In this document: one piece after another, positions 15,696 to 28,881 of the stretch
How positions within the stretch are numbered: the first letter of the stretch is position 1
Layout of the letters: each line of letters starts with the position of its first letter
NCBI GenBank assembly: GCA_963699255.1
Contig: OY969425.1
Span: 1,650,001-1,682,000, forward strand
DNA: 32,000 nucleotides
Origin: an uncultured bacterium
GTDB taxonomy: Bacteria; Margulisbacteria; WOR-1; CAVSGV01
Direction: 5' to 3'
Notes under the pieces: model-generated
The model's input: only the letters and a program-made list of their open reading frames with translations
Database searches by the model: none
What the model was told of the DNA's origin: nothing
Made by a program: the position numbers and the translations under genes

Positions 15696-17953
15696 AGATC
15701 GTCGCATCGAACATAGGATATCCGTCCATCGGAGAAAAAAGGGAATTGAAGTTCCTCATAGAGGGTTTCTGGAGGGGGGAGAAGAGCAGGGACGATCTCG
15801 AGGCTGGAGCGCATGCGGTCCTTTCGGAAAACCTGCGCAGGCAGGGAGTACTCGATTCCGTTCCTCTTGGGGAATTCACGCTCTACGACAGGATGCTTGA
15901 TCTTACGGTCCTTTTTAATCTCATCCCGAAAAGATTCGAAGTGACCGGCGACGAAACAAAGCTTTATTTTGAAATGGCGAGGGGCAAAGGCGCGATGGAG
16001 ATGACGAAGTGGTTCAATACGAATTACCATTATCTGGTGCCCGAGCTTACAGATGACATGAGCCCGAAGATCAATGCCACACGCAACAAATACCTGATGA
16101 TGTTAAGGGAACACGGCAAGAGCAATAAAGCGGTCACGCTCATAGGGCCTTATACCTTCGTCAAGCTGTCAAAGGGATACAAGGATTTTTCAAAGTGGTT
16201 TAACGCGATCTCCGATCTTTATTGCGAGCTGATAAAAGGCCTGTGCAGGGAAGGCGCCAGGTACGTGCACATCGAGGAACCGGCTCTTGTGACCGACATA
16301 CCGAAGAGCGACATCAAATATCTGGACAAATTCCTGTCAAAGATCAAAGGATGCGGAGCAAAGATCATGCTCGTGACCTATTTTGATTCTATCACCCACT
16401 ACAAGGAAACCGTTGCTCTGCCCGTGGATGCGATCGGGATGGATTTCGTGAGCAATGACGGGAATTTGGCTAACATTAAGAAATACGGTTTTCCAAAAGG
16501 CAAAGTGCTGATGGCCGGCATAGTGAACGGCAGGAACATCTGGATGTCAGCTCTAAAACAAAAGATCGATCTGTGCCGGGCCTTGATCAAGAGGATCAAA
16601 CCGGATGAGCTCATCATTTCACCTTCCTGCAGCTTGCAGCATGTCCCTGTCTCCGCGAAATATGAGACGGCGCTGCCGAAAGTGCTGAAGGATAATCTGT
16701 CCTTCGCGGATGAAAAGATCGCCGAGCTTATGACGATCAAGAAAGCTCTGACCGAAGGCGACAGTTCAGTGAGCAAGGAATTGAAAGATAACGCGAGAAA
16801 ACTCGATGAATTGTGCTGCTGTGCGGAGCGCAACCTGAAAGATGTTAAAGCAAGGCTCAAGAAGCTGAAAGCTTCAGATTTTAAACGGAAAACGCCGTTC
16901 GCCTCAAGGAAGATCCTCCAGCAGAAAGCGTTGAAGCTGCCGCTGCTTCCTTCCACGACCATCGGAAGCTTCCCTCAGACAGGTGAAGTGAGGCATATGA
17001 GGCTTGCTTACAGGCGGGGCGAGATAACAGAACAGCAGTACAAGGCTTTCATAAGAGAAAAGATAAATGAGGTGATCAGGCTGCAGGAGAATATCGGGCT
17101 TGATGTGCTGGTCCACGGCGAATTCGAGAGGACAGACATGGTGGAGTTCTTCGGGGAAAAACTTTCGGGCTTCGTGACGTCGTCGAACGGCTGGGTGGCT
17201 TCTTACGGGACCAGATGCGTAAAGCCCCCGATAATCTGGGCGGATGTGAAGATGATGCGCCCGATGACGATAGAGGAGATAGCTTACGCTCAATCACGCA
17301 CCAAGCACATAGTGAAAGGAATGCTGACCGGCCCGATGACGATAATAAGCTGGTCTTTTATCCGCGACGACATCCACAAAAAGGACATCGCCAACCAGAT
17401 AGCGCTTTCCCTTAGCGATGAGGTAATGGACCTTGAGAAGAGTGGGATAAAGATCATTCAGATAGACGAGCCGGCGCTTCAGGAAGGCGCGCCAATAAAA
17501 GAAAAGGACAAGGCGAAATACTATGACTTTGGAGTGAAAGCTTTCAGGCTGTGTTCTTCAAAGGTGAAGCCGCAGACGCAGATACACACGCACATGTGTT
17601 ATTCGAACTTCAATGAGATCATAAAATATATCGACCTTATGGATACCGATGTCATTTCCATCGAGAACTCCAGAAGCAAGGGGGAGCTCCTGGATGTTTT
17701 CAAGAAGTTCAAATATAAGAAGGGCATAGGTCCGGGCATGTATGACATTCACAGTCCGGCGATACCGACCGTGGAGGAGATGTCAGACCTCCTGCAAAAG
17801 AGCTTGAGGAATTTGAGGCCGGACCAGCTGTGGATCAATCCTGATTGCGGGCTCAAGACGAGGGGATATGAAGAGACCGTGCCGGCGCTGAAGAACATGG
17901 TAATGGTAGCCGTGGAGTTCAGGTCACGGCTGGCTTCAAAGAAGCAAAAATAG
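15692..17953 (+). CDS. metE: Cobalamin-independent methionine synthase (5-methyltetrahydropteroyltriglutamate-homocysteine S-methyltransferase)
   Basis: 753 aa two-domain MetE. GYPSIGEKRELK N-terminus, TTIGSFPQT, zinc ligand motifs HTHMCYS and NPDCGLKTR. The ATG overlaps the rimI TGA (ATGA). Confidence 0.95.
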   Translation: MKIVASNIGYPSIGEKRELKFLIEGFWRGEKSRDDLEAGAHAVLSENLRRQGVLDSVPLGEFTLYDRMLDLTVLFNLIPKRFEVTGDETKLYFEMARGKGAMEMTKWFNTNYHYLVPELTDDMSPKINATRNKYLMMLREHGKSNKAVTLIGPYTFVKLSKGYKDFSKWFNAISDLYCELIKGLCREGARYVHIEEPALVTDIPKSDIKYLDKFLSKIKGCGAKIMLVTYFDSITHYKETVALPVDAIGMDFVSNDGNLANIKKYGFPKGKVLMAGIVNGRNIWMSALKQKIDLCRALIKRIKPDELIISPSCSLQHVPVSAKYETALPKVLKDNLSFADEKIAELMTIKKALTEGDSSVSKELKDNARKLDELCCCAERNLKDVKARLKKLKASDFKRKTPFASRKILQQKALKLPLLPSTTIGSFPQTGEVRHMRLAYRRGEITEQQYKAFIREKINEVIRLQENIGLDVLVHGEFERTDMVEFFGEKLSGFVTSSNGWVASYGTRCVKPPIIWADVKMMRPMTIEEIAYAQSRTKHIVKGMLTGPMTIISWSFIRDDIHKKDIANQIALSLSDEVMDLEKSGIKIIQIDEPALQEGAPIKEKDKAKYYDFGVKAFRLCSSKVKPQTQIHTHMCYSNFNEIIKYIDLMDTDVISIENSRSKGELLDVFKKFKYKKGIGPGMYDIHSPAIPTVEEMSDLLQKSLRNLRPDQLWINPDCGLKTRGYEETVPALKNMVMVAVEFRSRLASKKQK

Positions 17954-17956
17954 TGC

Positions 17957-17985
17957 TTGACAAGAAAACCCTGACATTGTAAAAT
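17957..17985 (+). promoter_or_regulatory. Strong sigma70-type promoter upstream of rpmG
   Basis: TTGACA (17957-17962), a 17-nt spacer, then TAAAAT (17980-17985), immediately after the metE stop and ~110 nt upstream of rpmG. Confidence 0.65.
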
Positions 17986-18092
17986 CTCCTTTTGTTTCGC
18001 TGAAAATAATCCCTTTTAATTTCCAGAAATTCTGGATGAGGGGATGTTTCGTCTTTTGGTAAGTACAACATATAAGTATGTAAGGGGAAGCT

Positions 18093-18242
18093 ATGAGAGA
18101 GGTAATTACGATCTCGTGTACGGTCTGCAAGAGAAAGAATTATTCGTCAACGAAGAATAAAAAGACAACGCCCGACAGGCTAGAACTCAGCAAGTATTGC
18201 AAGTGGTGTAAAAAGCATACGCCGCACAAAGAGGAAAAGTAA
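18093..18242 (+). CDS. rpmG: 50S ribosomal protein L33
   Basis: Not in the ORF track (49 aa). My translation is [49 protein letters not shown], with CxxC...CxxC zinc-ribbon spacing and SD AAGGGGA upstream. Confidence 0.85.
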
Positions 18243-18259
18243 TTTCTCAGCTGGAACAC

Positions 18260-18336
18260 GGGCGAGTAGCTCAATTGGCTAGAGCACTGGTCTCCAAAAC
18301 CAGCGGTTGGGGGTTCAAGTCCCTCCTCGCCTGCCA
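18260..18336 (+). tRNA. trnW: tRNA-Trp (anticodon CCA), 3-prime CCA encoded
   Basis: Manual cloverleaf folds consistently to 77 nt:
- acceptor: GGGCGAG / CTCGCCT
- D arm: GCTC-aattggcta-GAGC
- anticodon arm: CTGGT-ctCCAaa-ACCAG
- variable loop: cggtt
- T arm: GGGGG-ttcaagt-CCCTC
- discriminator G, then CCA. Confidence 0.9.
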
Positions 18337-18406
18337 TCGAGCAGATGTGGAGAGAACCATGGCCTGCGGGTTTTGTTTTGATCGGTGAACGCAGGATTTA
18401 TTATTT

Positions 18407-18619
18407 ATGAATTATAAAGAAATAAAAGAAAAAATAGTCAACTATCTGAACGATATCAGATCCGAATCGAAAAAAGTGATCTGGCCGGGCAGGAGCTATG
18501 TTACGGCGGCTACGGTCATTGTTCTTGTCATTGTTTTCCTGGTGGCGGGGTTCGTTATGTTCATTGATTACGGTTTCGCGAAGTTCTTTTTGAATTTCAG
18601 TAAGGCGGTCCCGCGCTGA
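18407..18619 (+). CDS. secE: Preprotein translocase subunit SecE
   Basis: 70 aa. ESKKVIWPGRSYV followed by a single TM segment, in the canonical position before nusG. Confidence 0.85.
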   Translation: MNYKEIKEKIVNYLNDIRSESKKVIWPGRSYVTAATVIVLVIVFLVAGFVMFIDYGFAKFFLNFSKAVPR

Positions 18620-19254
18620 TGTCGGAAGAAAATATTCCCGAGAAGAACGAAGAAGCGAAGCCTGCCGCTTCTAACGAGGAAGCAAAGCCGGAAGTAAAGC
18701 CGGCCGCTCCGTCCGAAGAGGGTACCGAAGAGAGAAGATGGTATATCCTTCAGACCCTGACGGGCAGCGAAGAACTTGTTAAGGCGAGCATTGAACGCAG
18801 TGTAAAGCAGTTCGGCATAGAAAATAAGGTGTTCAATGTCCTGGTGCCGGAAGAAGATATTGTTGAGATAAAGGACGGAAAGCGCGTAGAGAAGAAGAAA
18901 AAGATGTTCCCCGGGTATGTTTTCGCGGAAATGATCCTGGACGAAACCTCTTGGTATGCGCTTAAGCAAACTCCCGGAGTTGCAAAATTCATAGGGAACA
19001 AGACGCGTCCGATCCCTGTCACGGACAGGGAAATGCAGAGAGTGCTGAAACAGCTTGGCGTAAGGGAAGAGAACATAGAGGTTTTCTTTGAAAAAGGCGA
19101 AGCGATCAGGATCATAAGCGGACCCTTCAGGGGTTATACGGGATCGGTAGAAGAGATCAATACGCAGAGGAACAAGATAAAGGCTCTGGTCAACATTTTC
19201 GGAAGAGATACACCGGTCGAGATAGACTTTGAACAGGCGGAGAAGATAACTTAA
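18619..19254 (+). CDS. nusG: Transcription termination/antitermination factor NusG (with ~38-aa acidic/Pro-rich N-terminal extension)
   Basis: [18 protein letters not shown] start, [14 protein letters not shown] motif [22 protein letters not shown]. The ATG overlaps the secE TGA by 1 nt. Confidence 0.93.
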
Positions 19255-19255
19255 A

Positions 19256-19681
19256 GTGGCTAAAAAATTATTGACGATGGTTAAATTGCAAATTCCGGCT
19301 GGAAAAGCCAATCCCGCGCCGCCCATCGGGCCTGCTCTGGGACAGCACGGGATAAACATCATGGAATTCTGCAAGCAGTATAACGCAAAAACGGCTGACA
19401 AGGGCGATACCGTGATCCCGGTGGAGATATCGATTTTTGAGGACAGGACCTTCACTTTTGTTCTTAAGACCCCTCCGGCGGCTGTCCTGCTTAAGAAGGC
19501 CGCGAATGTGGAGAAGGGTTCTGGGGAACCCAACAGGAACAAGGTCGGCAGCGTGACAAAGGAAAAAATAAGAGAGATCGCAGAAATAAAAATGCCGGAT
19601 CTGAACGCGAATTCGATCGAGGCGGCGATGAGGATAATAGAAGGCACCGCCAGAAACATGGGGATAACCGTTAAAAGTTAG
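19256..19681 (+). CDS. rplK: 50S ribosomal protein L11
   Basis: [38 protein letters not shown] start, 141 aa. Confidence 0.95.
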
Positions 19682-19711
19682 AAGTGAAAAGTGAGAAGGC
19701 AAAAGTAATCC

Positions 19712-20416
19712 ATGGCACAAAGAGGTAAAAAATATCTGGAGAAAGCAAAACTTGTCGAAGCCGGGAAAAAATATCTTCCCGGTGACGCCGTTTCTCTTGT
19801 GAAGAACACTTCCCTGACGAAATTTGACGGCACGGTTAACCTTTCAATAAAGCTTGACATTGATCCGAAGCGCAGCGATCAGCAGGTAAGGGGGACCGTG
19901 AGCCTTCCGGGAGGATCAGGTAAAAAAACAAGAGTGGTTGTCATCGCAAAGGGCGAGAAGATAAAAGAAGCGGAAGCGGCGGGCGCGGATTTTGCCGGGG
20001 GCGACGACCTGATAGAGAAGATAAGCAAAGGATGGACGGATTTTGACGTTACGGTGGCGACCCCGGATATAATGTCTTCCGTTGGAAAACTCGGCAAGGT
20101 GCTCGGTCAAAAGGGTCTTATGCCGAACCCCAAAACAGGGACCGTGACGTTCGATGTCGGGAAAGTCGTGAAAGAATTCAAAGCGGGAAAGATCGAATAT
20201 AAAACGGATAAAACCGGCGTGATCCATGTCCCGATAGGAAAAGTGTCATTCAAAGAGGATAAGATCAGCTCGAATCTGCAGTCCGTTGTTGAAGCGATCT
20301 CTAAAGCGAAACCTTCCAGCGTGAAGGGGAATTTCATTAAGAGCGTTACGGTTTCCGCAACTATGGGCCCGTCGGTCAAGGTTGACATAAGCAAGCTATT
20401 GGAACAGGCAAGCTGA
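19712..20416 (+). CDS. rplA: 50S ribosomal protein L1
   Basis: 234 aa. [31 protein letters not shown] and [30 protein letters not shown]. Confidence 0.95.
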
Positions 20417-20417
20417 T

Positions 20418-20948
20418 ATGCAAAAAGAATTGAAAATAAGATCGGTCAAGGACATTAAAGAAAAATTTGAGAAGAGCAAGGTGATCGTCCTTACAGATTT
20501 TAAGGGACTGACCATGTCGCAGATGACCACCCTTAGAAAAAAACTGAAGCCGATCGATGCCGAATTTAAAGTGTATAAGAACACCCTTATATCGCGCGCG
20601 ATAAAGGATAAAGCATATGACGGGATCGATCCGCTTTTGACCGGATCTACCGCGATCGTTTTCGGTTACAGCGATCAGCTGGCGCCGACGAAGGTCATAT
20701 CCCAGTTCATGAAGGAGAACGAAAAGCTGTCGGTTAAAGGGGGATTGCTTGACGGTAAATTCATCGACCCTAAAACAATCTCCGTGCTCGCGAAACTTCC
20801 TTCCAGGGAGGTGCTGCTTGCCAAGCTTCTCGGGACGATGAAGGCGCCGATCACCAATTTTGTCCTTGATTGCAAAGGTATATTGACCAAGTTCGTGATC
20901 GCTCTGAGCGCAATAAAGGATAAAAAGAATTCAACAATTGTACAATAA
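20418..20948 (+). CDS. rplJ: 50S ribosomal protein L10
   Basis: 176 aa. [22 protein letters not shown] and FKVYKNTL, in the position between rplA and rplL. Confidence 0.92.
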
Positions 20949-20951
20949 AGA

Positions 20952-21026
20952 AATGACCAATTAAGGTAGGATTATTTTAAATATAATACATTAATTGTTC
21001 ATTGTGAAATTGTTAATTGGTCATTG
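20952..21026 (+). promoter_or_regulatory. Structured rplJ-rplL spacer: 13-bp perfect inverted repeat plus a competing near-copy of the 3-prime arm
   Basis: AATGACCAATTAA (20952-20964) is the exact reverse complement of TTAATTGGTCATT (21013-21025). A near copy, TTAATTGTTCATT, sits at 20991-21003. A TATAAT hexamer occurs at 20982-20987 inside the loop. Confidence 0.4.
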
Positions 21027-21044
21027 AAAAAGGGGGTGAATGTA

Positions 21045-21406
21045 ATGGGAAAAATGGAAGACGTTATAGCGACCGTAGAAGGGATGACAGTACTGGAACT
21101 TTCCGATCTTGTTAAAAAGATGGAGGAGAAGTTCGGAGTGTCCGCTGTTGCGGCTGTTGCGGCTCCTGCTGCCGCTGCCGGCGAAGCTGCTGTTGTTCAA
21201 GACGCATTTGATGTTGTCCTTACTTCAGCGGGGGACAAGAAGATCCAGGTGTTAAAAGTTGTCAGGGATATCACCGGGCTTGGACTTAAGGAAGCAAAGG
21301 ACCTGGTTGATAATACGCCAAAGCCGGTGAAGACAAAGATAAAGAAAGAAGAAGCGGCTGAGATAAAGAAAAAAATTGAAGCGGAAGGTGGAAAAGCGGA
21401 GATAAA

Positions 21407-21410
<4 letters not shown>
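21045..21410 (+). CDS. rplL: 50S ribosomal protein L7/L12
   Basis: [16 protein letters not shown], an Ala-rich hinge, [22 protein letters not shown] 21045, with AAGGGGGTG ~7 nt upstream, is preferred to the ORF-track start at 21024. Confidence 0.93.
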
Positions 21411-24695
<3,285 letters not shown>

Positions 24696-24706
<11 letters not shown>

Positions 24707-26705
24707 GAAAAAAGAAACAAGGGAATTTGAATCATTAAAGATCGGGTTAGCTTCGACCGAGAGGATCCTTTCATGGTCTTACGGAGAGGTTGAGAAGCCC
24801 GAAACCATCAACTACAGGACATTTAAGCCTGAGAGAAAAGGTCTTTTCTGCGAAAAGATCTTCGGACCTGTTAAGGATTGGGAGTGTCACTGCGGAAAAT
24901 ACAGAAGGATCAGGTACAGGGGGATCGTGTGCGAGAGATGCGGGGTTGAGGTCACCACTTCAAGGGTAAGGCGAGAGCGCATGGGACACATTAAACTTGC
25001 CGTACCCATTTCCCATGTCTGGTTCCTGCGCGGAATACCCGGGTTCATCGGCATTATGCTCGATACTTCCACAAAGCTGATCGAAGAGGTCATTTATTAC
25101 GATGCTTATATGGTCACCGAAGTTTCGCGGGAGGGTAAAGAAAAGATAAAACTGAAGGAAGGGCAGGTCCTCAGGGAAAGCGAATATCAGGAAGCAAAGG
25201 AAAAATACGGCAGCGCTTTCAAGGCGGAAACGGGTGCAAGAGCGGTCAGGGAGGTGCTGTCCAAGATTGATCTGCAGGCGACGGTTACCAAACTCAGAAG
25301 GGAAGTAAAAACTTCTGAAGGGCAAAAAAGGATCAAGATCGTAAAACGCTTGAGGGTCGTGGAGGGATTCTTTAAATCCGGGAACAAGCCGGAATGGATG
25401 ATACTGGAAGTCCTGCCTGTCATGCCGCCGGACCTGCGTCCGATGGTCCAGCTTGAGGGCGGAAGATTCGCGACCTCGGACCTGAACGATCTTTACAGGC
25501 GCATCTTGAACAGGAACAACAGGCTGAAGAAAATAATAAGCATGGGCGCTCCTGATATGATAGTAAGGAACGAAAAAAGGATGCTTCAGGAAGCTGTCGA
25601 CGTTCTGATAGATAATGGAAGAAGGAAAAGGGCGGTCACGGGATCAACGGGACGTCCGCTGAAATCCCTTTCCGATATCATAGAAGGAAAACAGGGAAGG
25701 TTCAGGCAGAATCTGCTCGGGAAGCGCGCTGACTATTCAGGAAGGTCCGTTATTGTTGTCGGGCCGACGCTTAAGATACATCAATGCGGGCTTCCGAAGG
25801 AAATGGCGCTTGAATTATTCAAACCGTTCGTTATAAGGAAGCTCGTTGAACGCGGTCTTTCTCAGAACGTAAAAAGCGCCAAGAGGCACATAGACAAGAG
25901 AGAGATATTCGTTTGGGATATTCTTGAAGAAGTGATCAAGGGGCATCCGGTCCTCTTGAACCGAGCGCCTACACTGCACAGGCTTGGCATACAGGCTTTT
26001 GAGCCGATCCTTGTCGAAGGGAAGGCCATACAGATCCATCCTCTGGTGTGTCCGGCATTTAACGCTGACTTTGACGGAGACCAGATGGCCGTGCATGTGC
26101 CGCTTCTCACGGAATCGCGGGTTGAAGCAAGACTCCTCATGCTTTCTTCAAGGAACATTCTCTCTCCCGCATCGGGCAGGCCGATCATCACACCTACACA
26201 GGACATGGTCCTGGGGGTCTATTTCATGACCGTTGATGATGAAAGGGTAGCACTGGGCAAGGGAATGAATTTCTCCTCCGACAATGAAGCAATGATCGCT
26301 CAGGATCTGGATCAAATTCATCTGCACGCGCTGATAAATGTCAGGAGGGACGGCCAGATGATCCAGACGACGGTCGGCCGCATCAAATTCAACAATACGC
26401 TTTCAAAAGTCCTGGCAAAAAGGGTTGCTGGGGAAAAGCTTGAATATATAAATTATACTGTTGATAAAAAGAAACTTGAGGCTCTTATCCTGTTCTTCTA
26501 CAAGAAATACGGGTCCGAGATAACCGCGGAAATGGCTGACGAGATAAAACGACTCGGATTTAAATATGCAACGATCGCCGGAATAACTATCGCTATAGAC
26601 GACCTGAAAGTCCCGTCGCAAAAAAAGCATATAGTTCAAAAGGCGACCAGGCAGGTAGAATCGCTTGATAAGCAGCTTAAGGCCGGGCAGATTCTCCAAG
26701 AATGA
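24696..26705 (+). CDS. rpoC: DNA-directed RNA polymerase subunit beta-prime, N-terminal segment (frame interrupted near 26691-26697)
   Basis: Zn finger [23 protein letters not shown] and catalytic [17 protein letters not shown]. 11-nt overlap with rpoB. Homology runs to ..[10 protein letters not shown], and this frame then stops 3 codons later (TGA 26703-26705). Confidence 0.95.
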
Positions 26706-28881
26706 GCACTTTATGCGTTCCATAGACATCTGGAGCATCGTTACCGAAGATGTAACGGACGCGATGCTCAGGGAATTTGACAAGCTGAACTCCGTTTATC
26801 TTATGGCGTTCTCCGGCGCGAGAGGCAATCTGCAGCAGGTAAGGCAGCTTGCCGGAATCCGAGGTCTTATGGCGGATCCTTCAGGTAACATCATCAGCAT
26901 TCCTATCAAAACGAACTTTAAGGAAGGATTAAGCGTTACGGAGTATTTCATTTCTTCTTACGGAGCGAGAAAAGGACTTGTTGATACGGCCTTAAGAACG
27001 GCGGATTCAGGCTATCTTACAAGAAGGCTTGTTGACGTTGCCCAGGACGTTATCATTACTGAACTGGATTGTGCCTCCGAAGAAGGCATAGTTCTCGCAA
27101 GTGTCAGAGAAGGATTTGAAGAGGTAGTTCCTCTGTCGGTCAGACTTATCGGCAGAACGGCAGTGAAGAACGTTACTGATCCCATATCCGGTAAAACGAT
27201 AGTGAAAGCGGGCGAAGAAATAGATGAAATCGCGTCAAAATCTATTTCAGAAGCCGGCATCGAAAAAGTAAAAGTTAGGTCCGTTCTTACATGCAAAACA
27301 AAGAAAGGCGTTTGCCAAAAATGCTACGGCAGGGACCTTTCCCACGGCGGGATAGTTAGCATTGGAGAAGCTGTCGGGATCATTGCCGCGCAGTCCATCG
27401 GGGAGCCGGGCACTCAGCTTACAATGAGAACATTCCATATCGGCGGAGTTGCTCTTCACAAAGCCGCAAAGGTTTCCATAAAGGTAAAGCACAGCGGTAA
27501 GCTGGAATGGGGAGAAGGCATTGAAGTAAGGGACCTCATAGACGAGAACGGGGATAAAATCAAGATGGTGACAAGGGAATCCACCGCTTATGTGAAGATA
27601 AAGGACAAGAAAGAAGCATATACCCTTCCTATCGGGTCAATCCTGAAAGTTAAAGAAGATTCTGCGATCTCTTCCGGAGATGTTATCGCGGAATATGATC
27701 CAACATATGAATATATAGTTGCGAGCACGGAGGGCAAGGTCATTTATCTCGGGCTTGATATAACCGAAAGAAAGAGAAAGATCGAGGATAAAACCGTCAT
27801 CGAAAAGGTGGCAAGGAATGACGCGGCTGTATTTATTTATAATCCGAAGAACAAAAAGGAATTCGACGTTCCTCATGCTTCTAAATTATATGTAAAGGCT
27901 GGCGACAAAGTAAAGGTCGGCGATGAAATCGCCGCGGGCGTTGTATCAAAAAGCAGCGGAGTGGTCATTTCGGTAAAAGAAGGCAGGGGCGGCAAGAATG
28001 TAGTCGTTGTTCCGGGAGAGAATTACACTATCCCCGCTTCCTCCAAGGTAGTTGTGGAAGACGGCGCCGTTGTTGTGGCTTATGATTTTCTTGCAAAGGT
28101 GGAAAGCATAAGGCGAGACCCGAGCAAAACAAAAGATATCATTCAAGGATTGCCGAAAGTTGAAGAGCTTTTTGAGGGACGCAGACCGAAAGACCCGGCT
28201 TTGCTTTCCGAGGCGGAAGGAATGGTAGAAGTGTCGGAAAGAGAAGGAATAAGGCTTATAACGATCGTTTCTACCCATGGAAAGCATGAGTACACTGTTC
28301 CGTACGAGATAAGGCTCCGCGTTGCCAATGGCGACAAGATCGCTCTGGGGATGCCTTTAACGGAGGGCAGTATAAATCCGCACGATCTGCTCAGGATACT
28401 GAACAAGCAGGCGGTACAAATTTTCCTTGTTGACGAGATACAAAAGATATACAGAGGGCAGGGAGTTTCGATAAACGACAAGCACATAGAAGTTATTGTA
28501 AGACAGATGACCAACAAGGTCAGGGTAGTTAACCCGGGTGAAACCACCCTCCTTCCGGGTGAGCTGCTGGAAGCAAATGAATTTGAAAAAATAGTTTCCG
28601 CAGCGAAAGAGGGACCAGCGACCGCCACCGAAGTGCTTCTTGGCATAACAAAGGCATCGCTTTCAACCGAATCCTTTATTTCGGCTGCTTCATTCCAGGA
28701 GACGGCCAGGATCCTGACGGATGCTGCAATAAAAGGGCGTGTCGACAAAATGTACGGACTTAAAGAGAACGTTATCATAGGAAAACTTATTCCTGCCGGG
28801 ACGGGTTTTTCCTCATACGGATCCGTTGAGCTTGTTTCTAATATTTTAGGCGGTAAGGCCCCCGCGGAGGGAGAAGACTGA
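26665..28881 (+). CDS. rpoC: DNA-directed RNA polymerase subunit beta-prime, C-terminal segment (+1 frame relative to 24696 segment)
   Basis: Homology resumes at [13 protein letters not shown] and continues through:
- MAFSGARGN
- [30 protein letters not shown]
- [16 protein letters not shown]
- [15 protein letters not shown]
- GKLIPAGTG

The TTG at 26665 is an ORF-finder start with only a weak AGGT upstream, and the first ~10 residues are not homologous. Confidence 0.95.

Noticed and set aside
15045-15700. Search for a SAM, cobalamin or T-box leader in front of metE
   Set aside because: I could find no B12 box, SAM-I core or T-box specifier/antiterminator pattern. metE directly overlaps rimI, so there is no room for a leader.
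18036-18062. Eight-codon mini-ORF ATG AGG GGA TGT TTC GTC TTT TGG TAA in the rpmG leader, ending in a Trp codon upstream of tRNA-Trp
   Set aside because: There is no SD and no attenuator-like terminator following it. A single Trp codon is not a convincing leader-peptide signature.
18140-18337. 65-aa minus-strand ORF (MAGEEGLEPPTAGF...)
   Set aside because: It is the reverse complement of the tRNA-Trp gene and the rpmG 3-prime end. The GLEPPT-type peptide is the classic antisense-tRNA artefact.
18568-19659. 363-aa ORF on the minus strand spanning secE 3-prime end, nusG and rplK
   Set aside because: It is entirely antisense to three unmistakable conserved genes. The translation is low-complexity (Ser/Phe/Leu/Ala-rich) with no recognisable motif, and there is no SD. 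It is a typical shadow ORF of purine-rich coding sequence.
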